From assembly GCA_963676795.2 (NCBI GenBank), contig CAXXTB010000002.1, positions 2,112,001 to 2,176,000 of the forward strand: a DNA stretch of 64,000 nucleotides. Reading direction: 5' to 3'. Of this stretch, positions 18,420-26,168 are shown piece by piece. Position 1 is the stretch's first letter. Each line of letters opens with the position of its first letter. The stretch comes from Geopsychrobacteraceae bacterium (lineage in GTDB: Bacteria > Desulfobacterota > Desulfuromonadia > Desulfuromonadales > Geopsychrobacteraceae). The notes beneath the pieces were generated by a model. The model was given only the letters and a program-made list of their open reading frames with translations, searched no databases and was not told the DNA's origin. A program made the translations under genes and the position numbers.

Positions 18420-19629
18420 TACTCTTCTCGCCCCTCGATCCTTTGTATTCATATATTTTGCGCAGATTACTGATCAACCCCTGAGGACGGAAGATCATCA
18501 TAATGACCATGGCGGCACCGAAGGCGAGCATGCGATATTCGGAGAAAGCGCGCAGATACTCAGGGAGCAGAATCAGGATGAAGGCGCCAAGAATAACCCC
18601 GAGAATCGAGCCCATTCCGCCCAGTACGACAATCGAGAGGATGATCGCCGACTCCATGAATGTAAAGCTCGCCGGGTTGATGAAGGTCGTCTTTGAAGCG
18701 AACAGAACGCCGACCATTCCCGCCCAGAAGGCTCCCAGAGCATAGGCGGACAGTTTGGTCCTTGCCATATCGATCCCCATGGCAACGCAGGCGATCTCAT
18801 CCTCGCGCAGGGCCATCCAGGCACGGCCGATGCGGCTGTTCTTCAAACGATTGGTAATCAGGATGGTAAACAAGACCAGAAGGATCATGATGTAGTAGAT
18901 ATAGATCGTCGACTGATCCAGATTCATATCGAAGCCGAAGAGCCCCGGCTTGTCGATGTTGGCAATTCCGCTCGGTCCCTGCGACAGCCAGCTCCAGTTT
19001 TCCATGACAATCTTGAAAATCATACCGAAGCCCAGCGTGACAATCGCCAGATAGTCACCACGCAGACGCAGGATAGGAAACCCGAGGACAACCCCGAACA
19101 GACAGCCCAGAATACCGCCAACCGGCAGGATGGCCCAGAAGCCGAGGCCGAAATGAAAATTCAGCAGCGCATAGGTATAGGCACCGACACCGAAGAAAGC
19201 GACATACCCCAGGTCGAGCAGACCGGCAAGACCGACGGTAATATTAAGGCCGAGCCCGAGCACGACATAAATCAGCGCGGAAATCATGATATTGGTCTGA
19301 TAGGTATCAACGACCAGAGGGAAAACCACTGCGATCACCAGGATACCAGCCATCAGCTTGTTGCGCAGGGAAGGATTATCGAGCAGGATCTGCAGCTTGC
19401 TGCGCGTGTCAGCGCCCTCCTCCATAACCTTGATTCTGCTCAGCTTGCGCTTGATCATATAGCGCCAGAGATAGGAGAGAACAAAAACAACGATCGCCAC
19501 CCAGAGCATGTTGATCCAGCGCCAGGTGACAAGCTGTTCCGAGGTGTTGACGCGGACGGCCATCAGGGGGAAAGTCAAAAAGACAAACCAGACGGAGACG
19601 ATCAGCGAATGTTTCAGATTATCCAGCAT
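18412..19629 (-). CDS. livM: Branched-chain amino acid ABC transporter permease
   Basis: GLNITVGLAGLLDLGYVAF, LRLRGDYLAIVTLGFG, GRAWMALREDEIA. Confidence 0.95.
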   Translation of the reverse strand: MLDNLKHSLIVSVWFVFLTFPLMAVRVNTSEQLVTWRWINMLWVAIVVFVLSYLWRYMIKRKLSRIKVMEEGADTRSKLQILLDNPSLRNKLMAGILVIAVVFPLVVDTYQTNIMISALIYVVLGLGLNITVGLAGLLDLGYVAFFGVGAYTYALLNFHFGLGFWAILPVGGILGCLFGVVLGFPILRLRGDYLAIVTLGFGMIFKIVMENWSWLSQGPSGIANIDKPGLFGFDMNLDQSTIYIYYIMILLVLFTILITNRLKNSRIGRAWMALREDEIACVAMGIDMARTKLSAYALGAFWAGMVGVLFASKTTFINPASFTFMESAIILSIVVLGGMGSILGVILGAFILILLPEYLRAFSEYRMLAFGAAMVIMMIFRPQGLISNLRKIYEYKGSRGEKSNG

Positions 19630-19641
19630 AAGTCTCCCCCG

Positions 19642-20544
19642 TTAAACCTTCTGCTTGCGGGTTTTCCCCAGAATACCCGACGGACGCAGTATCAGGATAA
19701 TGACCAGCAGCACAAAGGTAAAAACATCCTCGTAGTCACTGGAGATATAGCCGGCGGCAAAGCTCTCCGCCCAACCGAGGACCAGCCCCCCAAGAACCGC
19801 GCCGGCGATCGAACCGATCCCGCCGAGAACCGCTGCGGTAAAGGCTTTAACCCCGGCCAGAAAACCGATATAGAAGTTGACCTGACCGACATAGGAAGCG
19901 ACCAGAACACCACCAATGGCCGCCAGTCCGGAGCCGATGATAAAGGTAAGGGAGATGATCCGGTCGACATTGATACCGACCAGACGGGCCATGCTCATAT
20001 CCTGCTGAGTCGCCCGCATCGCCTTGCCGATCTTGGTTTTCTTGATCATCAGCGTGAGAAGAATCATCACCACCAGAGTCGTCACCAGAATAACCAGTTC
20101 CGGGGAACCAATGATATGGGCGACAGGATCCATGAAAGCGAACTCAGGAATCAGATTGGGAAAAGGAAGAAAGTCCGGAGTCTGTGCCAGCAGGACGTAA
20201 TTCTGCAGGAAAATCGACATACCGATGGCGCTGATCAACGGCGACAGGCGCGGAGCGCCACGTAACGGCCGGTAAGCAATACGCTCCAGCGTATAGCCGT
20301 AGGCACAGGCGTAGATTACCGCGACGATCCCGGCGAGGATCAGGATGGCTACCCCGCTCATGCCGTAGATTGTGCAGATTCCAGCGACAATAAGAGCGAT
20401 AAAAGCACCGATCATGTAGATCTCACCATGGGCAAAGTTGATCAACTGAATGATCCCGTAAACCATGGTGTAGCCAAGGGCGATCAACGCGTAGATACTC
20501 CCGCGCGTCAACCCGCCGAAAAACAGTTCCAGAAAATATTCCAT
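19642..20544 (-). CDS. livH: Branched-chain amino acid ABC transporter permease
   Basis: GSIYALIALGYTMVYGI, INFAHGE, KAFTAAVLGGIGS. Confidence 0.95.
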   Translation of the reverse strand: MEYFLELFFGGLTRGSIYALIALGYTMVYGIIQLINFAHGEIYMIGAFIALIVAGICTIYGMSGVAILILAGIVAVIYACAYGYTLERIAYRPLRGAPRLSPLISAIGMSIFLQNYVLLAQTPDFLPFPNLIPEFAFMDPVAHIIGSPELVILVTTLVVMILLTLMIKKTKIGKAMRATQQDMSMARLVGINVDRIISLTFIIGSGLAAIGGVLVASYVGQVNFYIGFLAGVKAFTAAVLGGIGSIAGAVLGGLVLGWAESFAAGYISSDYEDVFTFVLLVIILILRPSGILGKTRKQKV

Positions 20545-20640
20545 AGTAACAACCGTAAAAAAAGTTGAATTTCACCAGCCAAGAAAACACGCATAAGAAA
20601 TACGGCTGTCCTGTGCTGACAGATCTCCGACAAAAGATGA

Positions 20641-20662
20641 GGGGCTGGTATTCACCAGCCCC
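20641..20662 (-). terminator. Intra-operon hairpin after livK (terminator or stability element)
   Basis: ggggctggt-attc-accagcccc, followed on the minus strand by tcatctttt. Confidence 0.6.
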
Positions 20663-20735
20663 CCTGTTGTAGTTCAGTTCTTCAATAGTCCCGCTTTGCC
20701 ATAAGTCCAACAGCAAGCATCAGCATATTCCCTGC

Positions 20736-21845
20736 TTAGAGTTCGACAAAAGTGCCGTTTTCAACCTTGTAGATGGAGAAACCAACGCCTTCGGCATCCC
20801 CCTTGGCATCGAACTTGATTTTACCGACCGGGGTCTCGACATACTCGTTGCGCAGTGCGTTGGTCACTGCGGCGTAGTCGGTCGAGCCAGCCTTTTCAAT
20901 GGCGTTGAGCAGTGCAAGAGCGGCAGAGTAGCCCTCCTGAAAGAAGGCGCCCGGATCTTCGCCGTACTCGGCCTTGTACTCAGCATAGGCTTCTTTATTG
21001 AGCGATATCCTGGACAGATCGCGAGGCCCGGTCATGTATGCACCTTCTGCCGAATCTCCAGCAACTTTGAGGAAGCTCTCATCCTTGACACCGTCATCGG
21101 AGACAAACAGGGCATCGAGACGCTTGCGTTTCATCGAAGACACCAGCTTGGAGGCCTCCGGATGGTAACCGCCGAAAATAACCGCTTCAGCTTTTTCACG
21201 GCGAATCTTGCCAACAATTGAATCGTAATTGATCGCACCTGGAGTGATCCCTTCAAACAGGACAACTTCAGCTTTCCCCGATTCATCAAGGAACTTCTTG
21301 GCAAACTCGGCAAATCCCTTGCCGTAATCCCCTTTGTCGTGGATGACCGCAACCTTTTTCAGGCCCAGGGTGTTGATGACAAAGTCGACGGCCATTTTGG
21401 CCTGCATGTCATCGGAAGCGATGGTCCGGAAAAAGTTTGGATAGTCGCCACTCTGAGTCAGCGGCGGATTGGTTGCCGATGGAGACATGACCGGAACCTG
21501 TGCGTCCTTGTAGATACCGAGGGCCGCCTTGGTTGCTCCGGAGCAGATATGGCCAAGAACGACATCTGCACCATCAGTGATCAGTTTGGTCGCAGTGTTG
21601 GTGGCGATCTCGGGTTTACACTGATCGTCCTGGATCAGCAGTTCAACCTGCTTACCGAGCACTCCACCATTGGCATTGATTTTTTTAACAACAAGTTGAG
21701 CCGCTTTCATACTCGGGATGCCATATGGGGCAAGGTCACCACTATGAGGACCGGCAACACCAAGCTTGATGGTATCTGCAGCGAACGCTGTCGCTGAAGT
21801 GCAGACCATAACGGCCAAAGATAAGACAACAGCAATTTTCTTCAT
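20736..21845 (-). CDS. livK: Branched-chain amino acid ABC transporter substrate-binding protein
   Basis: Signal peptide MKKIAVV...AFA; GPHSGDLAPYG, INANGGVLGK, DDQCKP, GHICSGAT, HDKGDYGKG. Confidence 0.92.
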   Translation of the reverse strand: MKKIAVVLSLAVMVCTSATAFAADTIKLGVAGPHSGDLAPYGIPSMKAAQLVVKKINANGGVLGKQVELLIQDDQCKPEIATNTATKLITDGADVVLGHICSGATKAALGIYKDAQVPVMSPSATNPPLTQSGDYPNFFRTIASDDMQAKMAVDFVINTLGLKKVAVIHDKGDYGKGFAEFAKKFLDESGKAEVVLFEGITPGAINYDSIVGKIRREKAEAVIFGGYHPEASKLVSSMKRKRLDALFVSDDGVKDESFLKVAGDSAEGAYMTGPRDLSRISLNKEAYAEYKAEYGEDPGAFFQEGYSAALALLNAIEKAGSTDYAAVTNALRNEYVETPVGKIKFDAKGDAEGVGFSIYKVENGTFVEL

Positions 21846-21909
21846 TCCCTTGCCTCCTGAAGTGTTTTTGTTACGAAAAGTGAGGATCATATCGATTTTC
21901 AAGTATTCA

Positions 21910-21938
21910 GATATAGAACAATTGACCAGCATGGTCAA
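21910..21938 (-). promoter_or_regulatory. Putative sigma70 promoter of the liv operon overlapped by a perfect palindrome
   Basis: Minus strand TTGACC-17-TATATC; palindrome TTGACC-agcat-GGTCAA at 21922-21938. Confidence 0.55.
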
Positions 21939-22001
21939 GAATAAACAATTCCCCCGCCAAACGACAAGACTGATTAAATATCAACAACTTCCGCATCCTG
22001 A

Positions 22002-22955
22002 TCAAGCTGAAACGATCTCAGAATAAGACTTTCTCATCTCATCAAGCATGGCCTGAATCTTTGTCTGACTGACAACCAGTCGAGCCAGGCCGTTGAGCTC
22101 GGCATAGAAACGCTCCAGCTCGGCAGGCTTCAGTTCCGGACCGATTGCATTTGCGGCTTTTTCGACCTGGGTGACACCTATTTTGCCGAGGTGCCGGGTG
22201 GCAATTTTTTTCAGTTCGGCAATCAACGCATTGCGCCTGCTGGCCTGTGCATCGAGAACCTCACGAACAGAGGACTCATCGCGTTTCTGTCGGTCCTCAA
22301 GCAGGGTCGTTCTGGTCCGCTGCCAGATCGGCCTCAGGTCGGCCGAGCCCATCAGATCAGCCAGCACAATCTGGTCGGTACTGCGGATTTCGACGACATC
22401 CAGCTTAGCCCCCGGCATGAGCGCGATAGACTCTTGCGGATTGACGTCCTGCTCAAGATCAACGGAATTGTCCAGGAAGAAACCGAGCGGGTAACCATGA
22501 TCGTAATAGATCAGGGTCACCCTGTCGCCGGCATAGAGCCTTATGCAGACCGTAAGTTCTTCAGACTTGATTTTCTCAAGCAGCAGCTCGACGTCGATCT
22601 GCGCCAGTTCCTTGCCTTTGAGCAGGTAGCGCCCGTGCAGCAGGGCATGAAGGCTTAAGATCAAGTCTTGCGATACCTTAAAGATATTGAGTGTCGCTTC
22701 GCCCGCGATCGAAGTTTCGAAAACCCGGGCAATTGCATCATAGGCGATATAGCGTTCCGTCTCCCCTTGCGTAACATAGATGGCGCTGATCAGCCGCCCC
22801 TTTTCAAACAGGATGACACCCGTTCCGGCTGCTGCGTCAAAACGCAGAAAACCGGTAAAAGAGCCCTTGCGCAGCTTTTCCATGGCTTCAGGCAAATTGA
22901 TTCGGGCAGGATTAACCCGCTGTCTGACTGCTGATCCTCGTGGCAGAAAAATCAT
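22002..22955 (-). CDS. Conserved hypothetical protein with two tandem DUF4388-like alpha/beta repeats
   Basis: Repeated unit EKLRKGSFTGFLRF...GVILFEKGRL / EKIKSEELTVCIRL...LIYYDHGYP; helical C-terminus. Confidence 0.7.
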   Translation of the reverse strand: MIFLPRGSAVRQRVNPARINLPEAMEKLRKGSFTGFLRFDAAAGTGVILFEKGRLISAIYVTQGETERYIAYDAIARVFETSIAGEATLNIFKVSQDLILSLHALLHGRYLLKGKELAQIDVELLLEKIKSEELTVCIRLYAGDRVTLIYYDHGYPLGFFLDNSVDLEQDVNPQESIALMPGAKLDVVEIRSTDQIVLADLMGSADLRPIWQRTRTTLLEDRQKRDESSVREVLDAQASRRNALIAELKKIATRHLGKIGVTQVEKAANAIGPELKPAELERFYAELNGLARLVVSQTKIQAMLDEMRKSYSEIVSA

Positions 22956-23041
22956 AGACGCAACCCCGGTTTACACCGTCAAATTCACTTTCGGATAGAA
23001 TAATTGATTCGGAATCCTAACACTTTTCCAACAAAAAAGCT

Positions 23042-24952
23042 TTAGTCTTGCAGCAATTCCCACTGACGATAACTCTCATCAAGCTGATCTTTGGCCAGCT
23101 TGTATTCACCGCTGACCCGACGCCACAGCTCCTCATCCTGGTAGAGATCCGGATCGGCCATACGCTGTTCAAGCTCCTGGAGTGTCTCTTCCCGGGCTTC
23201 AATTTCCGCTTCAATCCTGGCCAGTTCTTTCTGCTTTTTCTGCTCTTTGCGCTGCTCCTCTTTACGTTGAGCGTGAGCTTTTACGCGGGATTCCTTATCA
23301 CCGGAAGACTCCTCCTGACGATCGACCTGTTGTTCAACCCGCTGGGTACTGTGCGTGAAATCCCCGGCAACCGCCTTGTGCCTGAGGAAATCTTCATAGT
23401 TGCCCAAGTGCGATTGTACCGTGCCACCACCGACTTCAAGCACCCGACTGGCCAGATGATCGACAAAGTAACGATCATGCGAAACAAAAACGATGGTTCC
23501 GGAATAACTCCGCAAAGCATCGAGCAGAACCTGTTTCGACTGCAGATCAAGATGGTTGGTCGGTTCATCAAGCAGTAACAGGTTGGCAGGACGCAGCAAC
23601 AGCTTGGCCAGAGCGAGCCGGTTGCGTTCACCACCGGACAGAACCCTGACCGATTTTTCGATATCATCTCCCGAAAAAAGGAAAGAGCCCAGGATATTTC
23701 TCAGCTTCGGCACCATAGCGACCGGAGCATCCGCCAGAATCTCCTCGTAGACGGTACGGTTCGGATTAAGTTCCAGGGCCTGATCCTGGGCAAAGTAGGC
23801 CTGCATCAGATTGTGCCCCTCCTCGCGGGTTCCGCTGACCGGAGCTTCGACACCGGCCAACAGACGCATCAGTGTTGACTTGCCTGCCCCGTTCGGACCG
23901 ACCAGTGAGAGCCGCTCCCCCTGCTCAACATAGACGTTGACATTCTTCAGAACCGCCAGATCCCCATAACTCTGGGAAGCCCCGTGAAGAGCGATCGCCA
24001 TGCGTCCCCCCTTGGGCGGGACAGGAAAATGAAAGGCGATCTTTTTGCGTTCCGGCGGCAGGGAAATACGCTCGATCTTTTCCAGTTGCTTGATCCGGCT
24101 CTGCACCTGGGAGGCCTTGTTGGCCTGATAACGAAAGCGGTTAATAAAGGCTTCGGTCTTGGCAATCTCTTCATCCTGCTGCAACTTGGCGGCTTTAAGC
24201 GCGGCAACCCGCTCGTCCCGCGTCCGCACGTAACTCGAATAATTCCCAGAGTATTCGGTCAGGGCCCCATTCCAGACCTCGACGATCTTGCTGACAACCT
24301 GATCAAGAAAGAAACGGTCGTGAGAGACCAGAACAACGGCATGGGGATAACTTTGCAGATAGTTTTCAAGCCAGTCGCGGGCCGGCAGGTCGAGGTGGTT
24401 GGTCGGCTCGTCCAGCAGCAGAACATTCGGGCGCTGCAGCAGCAGCTTGGCCAGCGCGATACGCATCTGCCAGCCCCCGGAAAAGGTATCACAGGGTTTT
24501 TCAAAGTCGTCGTTGGAAAAACCAAGGCCATGCAGAACCTTGCCGACCTCGGCTTCCATCGTATAGCCGCCACGCTGTTCAAAAAGATGCTGCAACTCGG
24601 CATAGCGGATCAGCGTCTCATCCCCGGCGGATGACAAATCCTTTTCAAACTGCCTGAGATCGAGTTCCATCTGCTGCAGATCGGCCAGCGCACTCTGTGC
24701 CTCGGCAAACAGGGTCCGCCCTTTATAGGCAAGACCGTCCTGAGGCAGATAGCCGTAGGTTGTCCCCTTGGCGTATTGCAGTTCTCCGCCGTCGTATTCG
24801 ACCAATCCGGAGAGCAGTTTCAACAATGTCGATTTCCCGGCACCATTTTCGCCACACAAACCGATCTTGTCAGGAGGGCGAATGTGCCAGTTTATTTTGC
24901 GAAAAATCTGCCTGTCGGCGAAAAACTTATCAATATCTCTAAGCTGTATCAT
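23042..24952 (-). CDS. ABC-F family ATPase (ribosome-associated)
   Basis: Two ABC cassettes (GENGAGKST/FSGGWQMR and GPNGAGKST/LSGGERNR), two DEPTNHLD motifs, no TM segments, C-terminal coiled coil. Confidence 0.94.
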   Translation of the reverse strand: MIQLRDIDKFFADRQIFRKINWHIRPPDKIGLCGENGAGKSTLLKLLSGLVEYDGGELQYAKGTTYGYLPQDGLAYKGRTLFAEAQSALADLQQMELDLRQFEKDLSSAGDETLIRYAELQHLFEQRGGYTMEAEVGKVLHGLGFSNDDFEKPCDTFSGGWQMRIALAKLLLQRPNVLLLDEPTNHLDLPARDWLENYLQSYPHAVVLVSHDRFFLDQVVSKIVEVWNGALTEYSGNYSSYVRTRDERVAALKAAKLQQDEEIAKTEAFINRFRYQANKASQVQSRIKQLEKIERISLPPERKKIAFHFPVPPKGGRMAIALHGASQSYGDLAVLKNVNVYVEQGERLSLVGPNGAGKSTLMRLLAGVEAPVSGTREEGHNLMQAYFAQDQALELNPNRTVYEEILADAPVAMVPKLRNILGSFLFSGDDIEKSVRVLSGGERNRLALAKLLLRPANLLLLDEPTNHLDLQSKQVLLDALRSYSGTIVFVSHDRYFVDHLASRVLEVGGGTVQSHLGNYEDFLRHKAVAGDFTHSTQRVEQQVDRQEESSGDKESRVKAHAQRKEEQRKEQKKQKELARIEAEIEAREETLQELEQRMADPDLYQDEELWRRVSGEYKLAKDQLDESYRQWELLQD

Positions 24953-25023
24953 GCTTTAATCCGAGCCAAGTCACTTGAAAAAGCTCCTTATACCACAACG
25001 CCCGACAGGTCAAAAGCTTTGAC

Positions 25024-25061
25024 GCAAAAAACGCCTTCCGCGTGCGGAAGGCGTTTTTTGC
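25024..25061. terminator. Rho-independent terminator (perfect palindrome)
   Basis: gcaaaaaacgccttccgc-gt-gcggaaggcgttttttgc. Confidence 0.85.
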
Positions 25062-25083
25062 CAAAACACTGTAACTATTCTTC

Positions 25084-25779
25084 TTAACTGGTATATCTGA
25101 TCAGATACTCCTCGATCAGAGACGCGATCTTATCGATCCCCATACGACCGTTATTGATAACCAGATGATAGAGCTTGGCATCGGTAAGATCTTCCCTGGT
25201 AAAACGGGCGATAAAATCATCGCGCTGCTTTTTGTGCAGTTCAATGAATTTCCGCGCTTCGTTCTCGGACATCTTATGGTAATCCATTATCTTCTGAACA
25301 CGGAATTGCTCAGCGGCAACCAACCGGACATGAATGCAGTTTTTCAGATCCTGAGCGGCGCAAACAGCACCCCGCCCGACGATAACGCAGTTGCCCCGCT
25401 CGGCAAAACCACGCAGTGCGCTGCGCATACAGGAAAAGATTTCGGTTTCCTCCGCCATGCAACCGTCAAGAAACATGGAGAAGATCGACTTAAGAGATTG
25501 CGGAGTATCCTGAGACTTTTCAATCTGATCAACAGAATAGCCCGACAACCTGGCCACTTCATTAAAGATCTGGCGATCGAGTACAATCCAGGGATTGCCG
25601 GCGGTTCTCGCATTGAAACGTTCAACCAGTTTCTCCGCCAGAGGATAGGCCTGACAGCCGAACTCCCTGGCAATAGTGATACAGGGCGCAGGCTTGCCAT
25701 CACCGGCCCACTGTTGCATTTTATGCCAAGCCTGCAATTTTGATTCAAGTTGCGGAGTCCAGAATTCTTTATTTGACAT
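25084..25779 (-). CDS. Cytidylate kinase-like family protein
   Basis: ITIAREFGC, GNCVIVGRGA, IHVRLVA, YHLVIN. Confidence 0.82.
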   Translation of the reverse strand: MSNKEFWTPQLESKLQAWHKMQQWAGDGKPAPCITIAREFGCQAYPLAEKLVERFNARTAGNPWIVLDRQIFNEVARLSGYSVDQIEKSQDTPQSLKSIFSMFLDGCMAEETEIFSCMRSALRGFAERGNCVIVGRGAVCAAQDLKNCIHVRLVAAEQFRVQKIMDYHKMSENEARKFIELHKKQRDDFIARFTREDLTDAKLYHLVINNGRMGIDKIASLIEEYLIRYTS

Positions 25780-25945
25780 AACGTCCTCCCTTCCGGTTCA
25801 GATTGCACGCTGCCTATTATCAGGAGTATAGCACAGATAGCTAAGGCAGCATGCCTGCACCGGCGTCCGGAGAAATCCTGAATTGATTAGGATCAGGTAA
25901 AATATCGGCACCTTAACTTAATTAAATGTCTTTTTTTTTGTTTGC

Positions 25946-25954
25946 TGATATAAT
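25946..25954 (+). promoter_or_regulatory. Extended -10 promoter of rne
   Basis: TGaTATAAT about 215 nt upstream of the rne ATG. Confidence 0.6.
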
Positions 25955-25960
25955 GCGACC

Positions 25961-26168
25961 TCAATTGGATATCGACTCTGCTTCCGCCACATCAGGCGTT
26001 GAGGCGGATCTTTATAAAAACAGTTTCGTATCCGCTCATCTATTTCAGCAGCGGAAACAGTAAGTCAGAGACCGGCATCGGCTCGGACCCCGTTTTTAAC
26101 GAACGGAGAGGTCTGCTATCGCCGACAAGGTCGTAACCGCGCAGACGCGGCCAGAAAGGTTATACATA
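25961..26168 (+). promoter_or_regulatory. Long structured 5' leader of rne
   Basis: At least four hairpins between the putative promoter and the start codon. Confidence 0.5.

Noticed and set aside
26125..26138. acaaggtcgtaacc resembling the 16S rRNA 3' end
   Set aside because: Only a short scrambled similarity inside the rne leader; no rRNA context.
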